Below are positions 38,062 through 47,217 of a stretch of DNA of 64,000 nt, piece after piece (position 1 is the stretch's first letter; each line of letters starts with the position of its first letter). The stretch is taken from assembly GCA_036509655.1 (NCBI GenBank), contig DATCFG010000031.1:21665-85664 (forward strand). Direction: 5' to 3'. A model generated the notes under the pieces. It was not told the DNA's origin. It searched no databases and saw only the letters and a program-made list of their open reading frames with translations. The position numbers were made by a program, and so were the translations under genes. This DNA is from Solirubrobacteraceae bacterium (lineage in GTDB: Bacteria > Actinomycetota > Thermoleophilia > Solirubrobacterales > Solirubrobacteraceae).

Positions 38062-38421
38062 TCAGTGGTCGGCGACGCTGCCGCCCTCGGGCGCCAGCGG
38101 CCGGCCCTCGTCCGCCCATCGTCGCAGGCCGCCGGTCATCGAGTAGGCCTCGTAGCCCGAGGCCCGGAACGCCTGGGCGGCCATCGTCGAGCGCCCGCCG
38201 ACGCGGCAGTAGAAGATCACCGGCCGCCCCCGCTCGACGCTCGGCGCCTGGGCGGTGAGGTCGTTCAGCTCGATGTGTCTCGTGCCCGCGATGTGGCCGG
38301 CCTCGCGCTCGTAGACCTCGCGCACGTCGATCACCTGCGGGGCGGGGTCCTCGGCCAGCCACTCCTCGACACGCCCCGGATCGAGATCGAGCTGGTCTGG
38401 GTTCTCACTCGCACGCGGCAT
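38062..38421 (-). CDS. rhodanese-like domain protein
   Basis: IDVRE..E...GHI, FYCRVGGRS. Confidence 0.9.
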   Translation of the reverse strand: MPRASENPDQLDLDPGRVEEWLAEDPAPQVIDVREVYEREAGHIAGTRHIELNDLTAQAPSVERGRPVIFYCRVGGRSTMAAQAFRASGYEAYSMTGGLRRWADEGRPLAPEGGSVADH

Positions 38422-38452
38422 CGCGAGATGAGCGTAGCTAGGATCAAGAGCA

Positions 38453-39598
38453 ATGGAGGCTGTGAGCGACGTCTACACGATTCCCCAGGAGAACCTCGAC
38501 TTCTGCGCGACGATCGGCCAGATCGCGCGCGAGAAGATCGCGCCGCGCTCGGCGGAGATCGACGAGCAGGCCGAGTACCCGTGGGACATCCGCCGGATCC
38601 TCGCCGAGCAGGACATCCTTGGCCTGCCGTTCGGCAGCGAGTACGGCGGCGTCGGCACGGGCACGCTGATGCTCAACATGGCGGTCGAGGAGATCGCCAA
38701 GGTCGACGCGGCCTGCGCGCTGATCCTGATGGTGCAGGAGCTCGGCACGCTCCCGATCCAGCTGTTCGGCTCGGATGATTTGAAGGAGCGCTTCCTGCCG
38801 AAGTGCGCCTCCGGCGAGTGGTCGCCCGCGTTCGCCCTCTCCGAGCCCGAGGCCGGCTCGGACCCCGCTGGGATGAAGACGACAGCCGTCCTCGACGGCG
38901 ACGAATGGGTCATCAACGGCACCAAGAACTGGATCTCCAACCTCGGGATCGCCGACTTCTACATCACCTTCGCCGTCACCGACCGCGAGTCCAAGCGGAT
39001 CACCGCGTTCGTCGTCGAGGCCGACCGGCCCGGCTTCTCGATCGGCAAGCTCGAGCACAAGCTCGGGATCCGCGCCTCGCCGACCGGCCAGCCGATCTAC
39101 GAGGATGTGCGTGTTCCCCAGGAGAACGTGATCGGCGAGGTCGGCCGCGGCCTGCGCGTCGCGCTCGGCACGCTCGAGCGCACGCGCCTCGGCGCCGCCG
39201 CCCAGGCCGTCGGCATCGCCCAGGGTGCGACCGACTACGCCGTCGCCTACGCGCGCGAGCGCCGCCAGTTCGGGCAGGCGATCAACGAGTTCCAGGGCAT
39301 CCAGTTCAAGCTCGCCGACATGGAAATCCGCACCGCGGCCGCGCGCGAGCTGCTCTACAAGGCCTGCGCGATGGCCGACCAGGGCCACCCGGAGAGCGGC
39401 AAGTACTCCTCGATGGCGAAGGTCTTCGCCTCCGACACGGCGATGGCCGTCACCGTCGAGGCCGTGCAGGTGCTCGGCGGCTACGGCTATGTCAAGGAGT
39501 ACCCCGTCGAGCGCATGATGAGAGACGCGAAGATCACGCAGATCTACGAGGGCACGAACGAGATCCAGCGGCTCGTCGTCGCCCGCACGCTGAAATAG
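38453..39598 (+). CDS. acyl-CoA dehydrogenase
   Basis: FALSEPEAGSD, NGTKNWISN, RRQFG, QVLGGYG, QIYEGTNEIQR. Confidence 0.96.
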   Translation: MEAVSDVYTIPQENLDFCATIGQIAREKIAPRSAEIDEQAEYPWDIRRILAEQDILGLPFGSEYGGVGTGTLMLNMAVEEIAKVDAACALILMVQELGTLPIQLFGSDDLKERFLPKCASGEWSPAFALSEPEAGSDPAGMKTTAVLDGDEWVINGTKNWISNLGIADFYITFAVTDRESKRITAFVVEADRPGFSIGKLEHKLGIRASPTGQPIYEDVRVPQENVIGEVGRGLRVALGTLERTRLGAAAQAVGIAQGATDYAVAYARERRQFGQAINEFQGIQFKLADMEIRTAAARELLYKACAMADQGHPESGKYSSMAKVFASDTAMAVTVEAVQVLGGYGYVKEYPVERMMRDAKITQIYEGTNEIQRLVVARTLK

Positions 39599-39616
39599 GA
39601 CCCCACCCACCGCGCA

Positions 39617-40276
39617 ATGAAAACACCGAGGCCGCCAACATCAGGAGGCGCCTCCGCCCAGCTCCGCCGCGTCGGCGTCCCCGCGCTGATCGCGATGTCG
39701 ATCGGCCTCGTCGTGATCGTCGTCGGCCAGGGCTTCTCCTCGATCGGCGCCGTCCGCGCGGTCGAGGATGTCGCGCTCGGCGTGTTCGTCGTCGCCGCGC
39801 TGATGGGCGCCGTCGCGTTCGTCGCGGTGCGGATGGCGGATTGGCGCGAACCGGAGTCCGAGGCCGAGTTCGAAGCGCTCGTCCAGCACTCGGAGACGCT
39901 CGCGCGCGAAGGGCTCGCGGTCGACCCCGACGAAAACGACTTCCTCGAGCTCGACCCCCTCAACGACGAGGACTTCGAGGAGCTCGTCCGCGATGCCCTC
40001 GACGACCTGCCCGATCTGCTGCGCAACGCGCTCTCGCACGTCGCGGTCGTGATCTCCGACGGTGGCCGCCGGCGCGGCGCCTACGGCCTCTACCAGGGCG
40101 GGCAGACCCGCCGCGACGATACCCACGACCGGATCGTGATCTTCCGCGACACCCTGCGGCGGGACTTCGGTCACGACGCGGATCTCCTGCGCGATCAGGT
40201 CGTGAGGACGGTGCGCCACGAGCTCGCCCACCACGTCGGGTTCGACGAGCTGGGCGTCTCGCGCTTGGACCTGTAG
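39617..40276 (+). CDS. zincin-like metallopeptidase (DUF1025-type) with N-terminal TM segments
   Basis: YGLYQG, DRIVIFR, VRHELAHHVG. Confidence 0.8.
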   Translation: MKTPRPPTSGGASAQLRRVGVPALIAMSIGLVVIVVGQGFSSIGAVRAVEDVALGVFVVAALMGAVAFVAVRMADWREPESEAEFEALVQHSETLAREGLAVDPDENDFLELDPLNDEDFEELVRDALDDLPDLLRNALSHVAVVISDGGRRRGAYGLYQGGQTRRDDTHDRIVIFRDTLRRDFGHDADLLRDQVVRTVRHELAHHVGFDELGVSRLDL

Positions 40277-40408
40277 GTCGGCGGCGAGATCGGGCGTTTT
40301 GGCGTCCAGAGGGCCATCCAGATTGTGTGCGCATTGCCACACACTCAGCCGCGGCGCGTCGCATAGGATGCCGGTCTCGCAACGAACCCCGACTCAGGAG
40401 AGCACCAC

Positions 40409-41602
40409 ATGCCAGAGGCAGTGATCGTCGACGCCATCCGTACACCCATCGGCAGGGCGGTGAAGGGCTCGCTGAAGTCCGTCCGCGCCGACGATCTGGC
40501 GGCGATCCCGCTGAGGGCGCTGATCGAGCGCAACCCGCAGCTCGACCAGAGCACGATCGGCGACGTGATGATGGGCTGCGGCTACGGCGAGGGCGAGGCC
40601 GGCTACAACATCGGGCGCCTCGCCTCGTTGCTCGCGGGCATCGACTACCACGTGCCGGGCTGCACCGTCAACCGCTTCTGCGCCTCCTCGCTGCAGACCA
40701 CCCGGATGGCCTTCCACGCGATCAAGGTCGGCGAGGGCGACACCTACATCGCCGCCGGCGTCGAGGCCGTCTCGCGCGCCGGGCAGGGCGCCCCGTTCGA
40801 GTTCCACTCCAAGCTAGACGGCTCCGAGGGCTCGCTCTACAACGCTTACATCTCGATGGGCATGACCGCCGAGAACGTCGCGGACGAGCGGAAAGTCAGC
40901 CGCGAGTCCCAGGACGAATGGGCGCTCGTCTCGCAGACGCGCGCGGTCGCCGCGCAGGAGTCGGGGCACTTCGACAAGGAGATCGTCCCCGTCACCGTTC
41001 CCGCGCACAAGGACCTCGACAAGGAGGGCAACGAGATCGACGTGCCCGAGACGGTCGTCTCCAAGGACGACGGCCCCCGCGCCGGCACGACGCTCGAGAA
41101 GCTCGCCTCGCTGCGGCCGGTGTTCAAGGAGGGCGGCTCGGTTACCGCCGGCAACGCCTGTCCGCTCAACGACGGCGCCGCGGCGCTGCTCGTGATGAGC
41201 GACGAGAAGGCATCCTCCGCGGGCTTCACGCCGCGCGCGCGGATCATCGCCTCGACGGTCGCCGCGATCCGCCCGGAGGTGATGGGCCTCGGCCCGATCC
41301 CCGCGATCGAGGCGCTGTTGAAGAACACCGGCATGTCGATCTCCGACATCGACGTCGTCGAGATCAACGAGGCGTTCGCCGCCCAGATCGTCCCTTGCAA
41401 AGAGACGCTCGGCATCCCCGACGAGAAGCTCAACCCGTTCGGCGGCGCGATTGCCCTCGGCCACCCCTTCGGGATGACCGGCGCGCGGATCATGACGACG
41501 CTCCTGAACGACCTCGAGACGCTCGACGGGACCTACGGGATCGAGTCGATGTGCGTCGCCGGGGGGATGGGGATGGCGATGTTGGTGGAACGGCTTAAGT
41601 AG
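40409..41602 (+). CDS. acetyl-CoA C-acyltransferase (thiolase)
   Basis: NRFCASS, EINEAFA, GGAIALGHP, MCVAGGMG. Confidence 0.96.
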   Translation: MPEAVIVDAIRTPIGRAVKGSLKSVRADDLAAIPLRALIERNPQLDQSTIGDVMMGCGYGEGEAGYNIGRLASLLAGIDYHVPGCTVNRFCASSLQTTRMAFHAIKVGEGDTYIAAGVEAVSRAGQGAPFEFHSKLDGSEGSLYNAYISMGMTAENVADERKVSRESQDEWALVSQTRAVAAQESGHFDKEIVPVTVPAHKDLDKEGNEIDVPETVVSKDDGPRAGTTLEKLASLRPVFKEGGSVTAGNACPLNDGAAALLVMSDEKASSAGFTPRARIIASTVAAIRPEVMGLGPIPAIEALLKNTGMSISDIDVVEINEAFAAQIVPCKETLGIPDEKLNPFGGAIALGHPFGMTGARIMTTLLNDLETLDGTYGIESMCVAGGMGMAMLVERLK

Positions 41603-41614
41603 GACAGACGCGAT

Positions 41615-41652
41615 GGTCTCATTCCCGGGCGGGGACGTCCGGGATGAAGGCC
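41615..41652. terminator. GC-rich hairpin with GGGA loop between convergent genes
   Basis: GGTCTCATTCCCGGGCG-GGGA-CGTCCGGGATGAAGGCC, flanked by CTAC. Confidence 0.5.
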
Positions 41653-41704
41653 TACCTACGTGGCCGACTCGATGCTCGACGGGCGTTCTTGCTTCGGTGC
41701 GGAT

Positions 41705-42121
41705 CTAGGCGACGCTGCCGCGTGGCACGATCCATTGCACGGGCTGCTTGGTGAGCTCGGAGATTCGCTCGAAGTCGGCGTCATAGTGGATGACTGTGAG
41801 CCCGGCGTTCTCCGCGCAGGCCGCGATCAGCAGGTCAGGCAGTGGCACGGCGCGGTGCTGGGAGCGTTGGGCGAGTTTCCCTTGGACCTGCAGTGCCCGT
41901 TCGATGGTGGCCTCGTCGAGGGCGACGCGTGGCATCCCGCGCAGTGCGTTGGCGAGGGCCTTGTAGGTGGTGGGGCTGGTGGCGCTGTAGAGCAACTCCA
42001 GATCGACGATGCCGCAGGTGGCGATCTCTCCCTCCAGCAGCAGTGGATCCAGTGCCTCGCGAACCTCCGCTCGGGTCTGTCGGCGGGCCAGGGCGCTCTT
42101 GTCGGCGAGGAACCTGGGCAC
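41705..42121 (-). CDS. vapC: PIN-domain toxin VapC
   Basis: LADKSAL, ELLYSA, PDLLIAA, HYDADF. Confidence 0.92.
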   Translation of the reverse strand: MPRFLADKSALARRQTRAEVREALDPLLLEGEIATCGIVDLELLYSATSPTTYKALANALRGMPRVALDEATIERALQVQGKLAQRSQHRAVPLPDLLIAACAENAGLTVIHYDADFERISELTKQPVQWIVPRGSVA

Positions 42122-42124
42122 TGC

Positions 42125-42346
42125 TCAGCGCCAGGCGCCGGCCATCACATCGGGGTCATCGAGCTGGAGGGCGCCCGGAGTGGATAGCAATTTGAGCAAT
42201 TCCCGGCGTTGGCGCAGCTTGACGACCTCCGAGAGAGCCGCATCTACTGTGTCGGTCAGCGTCTTGGTGCCGAGGATGTCCTTCGCGGCCGCGACCTTGG
42301 CGGGGTCTATCTCGAACGAGGTCTTGTGTCTGGTGGCAGTGCTCAT
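42125..42346 (-). CDS. vapB: antitoxin VapB
   Basis: KTSFEID...TDTVDAAL; directly upstream of vapC. Confidence 0.85.
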   Translation of the reverse strand: MSTATRHKTSFEIDPAKVAAAKDILGTKTLTDTVDAALSEVVKLRQRRELLKLLSTPGALQLDDPDVMAGAWR

Positions 42347-42417
42347 ACCAAAATGATAGCGCAGAAAGCGTCTGAGGATAGCGAAATCAGCAGCATTTTC
42401 CTCTCTGCCGCCATGCC

Positions 42418-43182
42418 TCAGCGTGGAGGCATGCGCAGCGCGCCGTCGAGCCGGATCGTCTCGCCGTTAAGCATCCGGTTCTCGACGATCTGACAGGCCA
42501 GCTGTGCGTACTCGGGCGGTTGGCCGAGGCGCTGGGGGAAGGGGACGCCGGCGCCGAGCTTCTGGCGGGCCTCCTCGGGCAGCGCCGCGAGCAGGGGCGT
42601 GTCGAACAGGCCGGGGGCGATCGTGTTGACGCGGATCCCGTACTGGGAGAGGTCGCGCGCGGCGGGCAAAGTCATGCCGACGACGCCGCCCTTGGAGGCG
42701 GAGTACGCGATCTGGCCGACCTGTCCGTCGTAGGCGGCGATCGAGGCCGTGGTCACGAGGACGCCGCGTTCGTCGTCCTCGGCGGGCTCGTTCGCGATCA
42801 TCGCGGTCGCGGCGTAGCGGAGCACGTTGAACGTCCCGACGAGGTTGATCTGGAGGATCGTCTCGAACGGCATCAGCGGGTGCGGCCCCTTCGAGCCCGC
42901 GAGCTTCTGCGCCCAGCCGGTCCCGGCGCAACAGACGGCGATCCGCAGGCCGCCCTCGCCGGCGTTCGCGGCCTGCCCGACGGCGGCCTGCACTTGGCTC
43001 TCCTCGCGCACGTCGCAGCTGACGAACTCCAGCCCGAGCTCAGATGCGAGCGCCTGGCCCTTCTCGGCGTTCACGTCCGCGATCGTCACGACCGCGCCCC
43101 GCTCGTGCAGCGCGCGCACGGTCGCCTCGCCGAGCCCGGAGGCCCCGCCGACGACGATCGCTGGGCTGTTCTCGATCCGCAT
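42418..43182 (-). CDS. 3-hydroxyacyl-CoA dehydrogenase type II-like SDR
   Basis: [35 protein letters not shown]. Confidence 0.92.
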   Translation of the reverse strand: MRIENSPAIVVGGASGLGEATVRALHERGAVVTIADVNAEKGQALASELGLEFVSCDVREESQVQAAVGQAANAGEGGLRIAVCCAGTGWAQKLAGSKGPHPLMPFETILQINLVGTFNVLRYAATAMIANEPAEDDERGVLVTTASIAAYDGQVGQIAYSASKGGVVGMTLPAARDLSQYGIRVNTIAPGLFDTPLLAALPEEARQKLGAGVPFPQRLGQPPEYAQLACQIVENRMLNGETIRLDGALRMPPR

Positions 43183-43209
43183 CGACCGGCAGCCTATTGG
43201 ACGGCGCCG

Positions 43210-44208
43210 TTACCCGGTCGTCAGGCGGGACAACGTCAGCGCGAACAGCTCGTCCGGGTCGGTGAACCACCTGACGAGCTCGAGCCCCGCGGCCGACAGG
43301 TCGCCCTGCAGCCGCTCGGGCGTGAACTTCGCGCTGATCTCCGTGCGCACTTCCTCGCCCGCGTCGAAGTGCACGGGCAGATCCAGCGCGCGCACCAAAG
43401 TTGTGTGCTCGCGGCGGGAGCGCAGGCGCATCTCGATCCACTCGTGCTCGGTGTCGAAGAGGGCGATGTGGTCGAAGTCCTCGGGGTCGAAGTCGGCGTC
43501 GAGCTCGCGGTTGAGGACGCGCAGGACGTTGAGGTTGAATTCGGCGGTGACGCCCTGCTCGTCGTCGTAGGCGGCCTCGAGCACGCCCGGGTCCTTCACA
43601 AGGTCGGTCCCCATCAGCAGATGGTCGTCGGGTCCGAGCAGGCGGCCGATCGAGCGCAGGAAGCGCCGCCGGCTGCCGGGCTGGAAGTTGCCGACGGTGC
43701 CGCCGAGGAACGCCACGATCCGCGGCCCGATCGTCTCGGGCACGCCGTCGAGATGGCGCTCGAAGTCGCCGATCACGCCGTGTACGCGCAGGCCGGGGTA
43801 CTCCTCGGTGAGCCTCTCCGCGCAGTCGCGGACCATGCTCTCGGTCACATCGACCGGCACGTAGCGCCGCAGCGTCCCCGCCCCTTGCAGCGCGTCGAGC
43901 AGCACGCGCGTCTTCGCGGCCGTGCCCGAGCCGAGCTCGACGAGCTCGACCGCGCCGGTCAGCGCCGCCAGCTCGGTCGCGGTCTGCTCGAGGATCGCGC
44001 GCTCGGCGCGCGTGGGGTAGTACTCGGGGAGCTCGCAGATCCGGTCGAACAGCTCGGCGCCGCGCGCGTCGTAGAAGTGCTTCGGCGGCAGTTCCTTGAA
44101 CGGCCTTGTCAGGCCGTCGAGCACGTCCTCGGCGAGCGAGCGCTCCTGGACGGCGTCGAGGTGCGAGTCGATCCGGATCGACTCCTCGGGGGTGACGATT
44201 GGCTCCAT
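43210..44208 (-). CDS. egtD: L-histidine N-alpha-methyltransferase
   Basis: PPKHFYD..G..LFDRICELPEYY, ELGSG..K, GVTAEFNLN, EISAKF. Confidence 0.95.
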   Translation of the reverse strand: MEPIVTPEESIRIDSHLDAVQERSLAEDVLDGLTRPFKELPPKHFYDARGAELFDRICELPEYYPTRAERAILEQTATELAALTGAVELVELGSGTAAKTRVLLDALQGAGTLRRYVPVDVTESMVRDCAERLTEEYPGLRVHGVIGDFERHLDGVPETIGPRIVAFLGGTVGNFQPGSRRRFLRSIGRLLGPDDHLLMGTDLVKDPGVLEAAYDDEQGVTAEFNLNVLRVLNRELDADFDPEDFDHIALFDTEHEWIEMRLRSRREHTTLVRALDLPVHFDAGEEVRTEISAKFTPERLQGDLSAAGLELVRWFTDPDELFALTLSRLTTG

Positions 44209-44266
44209 CAGGTCTCCTCGCCCGTCCGCGCGTACAGTGTCGCTGGATCGATTCGCATATGTCGCA

Positions 44267-45310
44267 TTATGCGGAACCGTCCCGCGCGAGGCGCACCCCG
44301 GCGAAGATCTGCCGGCGCACGGGCAGGTCCCAGTTGCGGAATCTCGGGCTCGCGACGCGCGGGTGCGTCGCCCACGAGCTACCGCGCAGCACGCGGTAGT
44401 CCTCGCCGAAGAACACCTCGGAGTACTCGCGGTAGGGGTGGGCGCGGAAGCCGGGGTAGCCGCCGAAATGTGACGCCGTCCATTCCCATACCTGCCCCAC
44501 TCCCGCGAGGAGCCCGCTGCTCGCCGCCTTCTCCCACTCGGCCTCGCTCGGCAGTCGCGCTCCCGACGCCGTGGCGTAGGACTCCGCCTCGAACCAGCTC
44601 ACGTGGCAGACCGGCTTATCGGGATGCTCGCTCGCCCCCGCGCCTGTGCTGAGGCGTGTCCAGTCTGCGTTCGTCACGGGGCGCCGCGCGATTTGAAACG
44701 CGGGCAGCTCGACCGTGTGACGTGGCCGCTCGTTGTCGTAGGCAAACCCGCCCGCATGCGCGCCCAGCTCGAATCGGCCTGCCGGTACTTCGATCCATTC
44801 GTCCGGGCCCGTGACCGGCTCCAAGCGCGGCTCGCCGGCGGGGAGCAGCCCGGCGATCGCCAGCGTCTGGCGCATCGTCTCGGAGTGCTGGAGCTCGTGG
44901 CGGAGCACCATCTCGCAAATCGTCCCGTCGCCGAGCCCCTCCCGCGCGAGCGCTGCGGCGGTGCGGGCGCGGACGGCCGCCAGGTAGTCGCGCGCCGCGT
45001 CCGGCCCGAGCGCCTCAATTTCCCCGCGCACCGCGCGCGGCGTCTCGAACGCGTCATACAGCTCGGCCAGATCCGGCCGCAGCAGCTCCAGGCCCGCGTG
45101 GCGCCGGCCCAGCCACAGATCCTCGTAGGCGGCGATGTGGCCGAGGTCCCAGACGAGCGGGCTCATGATCGGCGAGTGCACGCGCTCGAGGTCCTCGTCG
45201 CCGATCCCGGCGACCAGCGCGAGCGTGCCCGCGCGCGCCCCGTCCAGATCGGCGAGCGCCTCCTGTGGGCTGGGTGCGGCGTGATGGGTCGCGGTGGCGG
45301 TCGTGGCCAT
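44267..45310 (-). CDS. egtB: ergothioneine sulfoxide synthase EgtB (type I-like)
   Basis: MSPLVWDLGH, RAVR (RxxR), HELQHSE, FGE-like domain, RNWD..RRQIFAG. Confidence 0.85.
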   Translation of the reverse strand: MATTATATHHAAPSPQEALADLDGARAGTLALVAGIGDEDLERVHSPIMSPLVWDLGHIAAYEDLWLGRRHAGLELLRPDLAELYDAFETPRAVRGEIEALGPDAARDYLAAVRARTAAALAREGLGDGTICEMVLRHELQHSETMRQTLAIAGLLPAGEPRLEPVTGPDEWIEVPAGRFELGAHAGGFAYDNERPRHTVELPAFQIARRPVTNADWTRLSTGAGASEHPDKPVCHVSWFEAESYATASGARLPSEAEWEKAASSGLLAGVGQVWEWTASHFGGYPGFRAHPYREYSEVFFGEDYRVLRGSSWATHPRVASPRFRNWDLPVRRQIFAGVRLARDGSA

Positions 45311-45355
45311 GGCTCTTGCCGGGTTCTTACTGTAGGAGCTCAGATCCGGATTGGC

Positions 45356-46096
45356 TCATCCAAGGCCGGGAGGAGGCGAGGCGGCATCGTCGACGATCAC
45401 CGTCAGTCGCTCGCGCACGAGCAGGCTCGCCGGCACGTGGTGGGTCGGCTCGCCCAGCGCCGCCGCGATCGCGTCGGCCTTGCCGGCGCCGGTCGCCAGC
45501 AGCAGGCAGCGCCGCGCGGCGCGGAGCACCGCGAGGCTCAGCGTGATCCGCTGCGGCGGCGGCTTGGGGGAGTCGGTGACGCCCAGGCAGAGCGCCCGCT
45601 CGCCGGCGTCGAGCGTGGGCGCTCCCGGGAACAGCGAGGCGACGTGGCCGTCGGGCCCGATGCCGAGCGCGATCAGATCGAGCATCGGCAACTCGGGCGG
45701 GTCTGGCGCGCTCGTCTGTTCGGGAGCGAAGCCCGCACGCAGCGCCTCGGCGTAGCGCCGCGCACCCTCCTCCGGGCCGAGCTCGCCCTCCATGCGATGG
45801 ATCCGCGTGGGGTCGATCCCGGCGGGCCGCAGCAGCGTCTCGGCGGCGAGCCGGTAGTTGCTTTCCTCATCCTCCGGCGGCACGCAGCGCTCGTCGGCGA
45901 ACCAGATCTCCACGCCATCCCAGTCCCCGAGGGCGCCGGCGAGCAGTTCGTAGGTGCGCGCCGGGGTGGAGCCGCCCGAGAGCGCGAGGTGCGCGACGCC
46001 ACGTTGCTCGCGGGCGCTCTGCAGCGCGCGGGCGATCTCCACGGCGGCGCGCTCGGCAGTGGCCTCGGGTGAGGCGTTGGTCGTGATGCGCGTCAT
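45356..46096 (-). CDS. pgl: 6-phosphogluconolactonase
   Basis: LSGGSTP, FADERCVP, LGIGPDGHVASLFP. Confidence 0.95.
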   Translation of the reverse strand: MTRITTNASPEATAERAAVEIARALQSAREQRGVAHLALSGGSTPARTYELLAGALGDWDGVEIWFADERCVPPEDEESNYRLAAETLLRPAGIDPTRIHRMEGELGPEEGARRYAEALRAGFAPEQTSAPDPPELPMLDLIALGIGPDGHVASLFPGAPTLDAGERALCLGVTDSPKPPPQRITLSLAVLRAARRCLLLATGAGKADAIAAALGEPTHHVPASLLVRERLTVIVDDAASPPPGLG

Positions 46097-46112
46097 CGGC
46101 TGGCTTGCATTC

Positions 46113-47213
46113 TCATAGCAGCATCTGCTGAGCGGCCTGCAGCGCGGGCCGGTAGGTGGGGTCGCGCAGCAAAGCCTGACGGATGCCCTCGCCGAGAATG
46201 CCGGCCTCGCCGCGGGAGGCGCCGAGGATCGTCCATTCGTGCTCTCTACCCGCGACGTCGCATTGGTAAGCGCGCAGGCCGCCCGTGCCGCGGTCCAGGC
46301 GCAGGTGGGTGCCGGAGGCGGTCTCGATGCTCAATCCTGCGAGGCCGCGCACGAGCAGCTCGGGCGCTGCCTCCAAGCGCAGGGCGATCTGGAGGCCCGC
46401 ACGCGCGGCCTGCGCGACGCCGCTCAGCACGGCGCCGTCGACACCCCCGTCGGCCCGCAGCGGGCTCAGTTGCCAGCCCAGCCGCGAGGCCAGCCAGCCG
46501 ATCAACAACATCCCCGCGACCGTCGAGTCGGGGTGGTGGCGGATCGTGATCGCGGCGATCCGCTCGAGCTCGCAGCGCAGCGCCGGCGGGTCGAAGGTGG
46601 CCGCGATCCGCTCGCGCCACGGGGTCGAGCGCAGCCACGCGAGGTCGACAACGTAGAGATGGTCGGAGAGCGTGTTGGCGCGCTTGAGCGTCGCGTGCTG
46701 GCCGATCTGTGATCGGTCCGGCTCGTCGACGGAGTCGAGCAGCATGGCCTGCGCGAGCGGCAGCAGCGCCTGCACGGCCTCGGGATGGCCGTGGGGCGAC
46801 CAGAGGAGCGTCGGCAGATCGGAGACGACGAGCGGGTCGGCGATCGTGAGCAGGTCGTCGAGGTGGCGGTCGCCGAGCTCGACGATCACGGTCTCGTGCA
46901 GCAGCACGATGTCCCCGGCGGCCTTCGCCTCGCCGTCGGCGGCGACGCTCGCGCGCGCGTCCAGGCGCGTGCGATGGGGGTCGTAGGAGAGCACGACCAG
47001 GCGCGAGGCGTGGTAGCGACCGACCCCGCGCAGGCGGTTGGCGATCTCGCCGCTGTACTCGCTCTCGACGAACGCGACCATGTTGAGCACGCGCGCGGGC
47101 AGGAATCCGCCGTTTTCGGCGTGGCGTTCGGCGAGCAGCCCGCGGAGCGCCGCTTCGATCGCGTCCGGCGTCGTCCCCTGCTCGCTCCAGACCGCGTCGC
47201 TGACGGCGGGCAT
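46113..47213 (-). CDS. opcA: glucose-6-phosphate dehydrogenase assembly protein OpcA
   Basis: DLPTLLW, DLAWLRSTPWR; follows zwf. Confidence 0.85.
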   Translation of the reverse strand: MPAVSDAVWSEQGTTPDAIEAALRGLLAERHAENGGFLPARVLNMVAFVESEYSGEIANRLRGVGRYHASRLVVLSYDPHRTRLDARASVAADGEAKAAGDIVLLHETVIVELGDRHLDDLLTIADPLVVSDLPTLLWSPHGHPEAVQALLPLAQAMLLDSVDEPDRSQIGQHATLKRANTLSDHLYVVDLAWLRSTPWRERIAATFDPPALRCELERIAAITIRHHPDSTVAGMLLIGWLASRLGWQLSPLRADGGVDGAVLSGVAQAARAGLQIALRLEAAPELLVRGLAGLSIETASGTHLRLDRGTGGLRAYQCDVAGREHEWTILGASRGEAGILGEGIRQALLRDPTYRPALQAAQQMLL

Positions 47214-47217
47214 CGGG

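Noticed and set aside
38803-41598. Very long Arg/Ala/Gly-rich ORFs in alternative frames (e.g. 931 aa here, 741 aa at 7656-9881, 710 aa at 42520-44652)
   Set aside because: Shadow ORFs typical of high-GC DNA; they overlap well-supported genes and carry no motifs.
44267-45310. Selenoneine synthase SenA or ovothiol synthase OvoA
   Set aside because: RxxR and RNWD motifs plus adjacent egtD fit EgtB; no senB/senC and no C-terminal methyltransferase domain.
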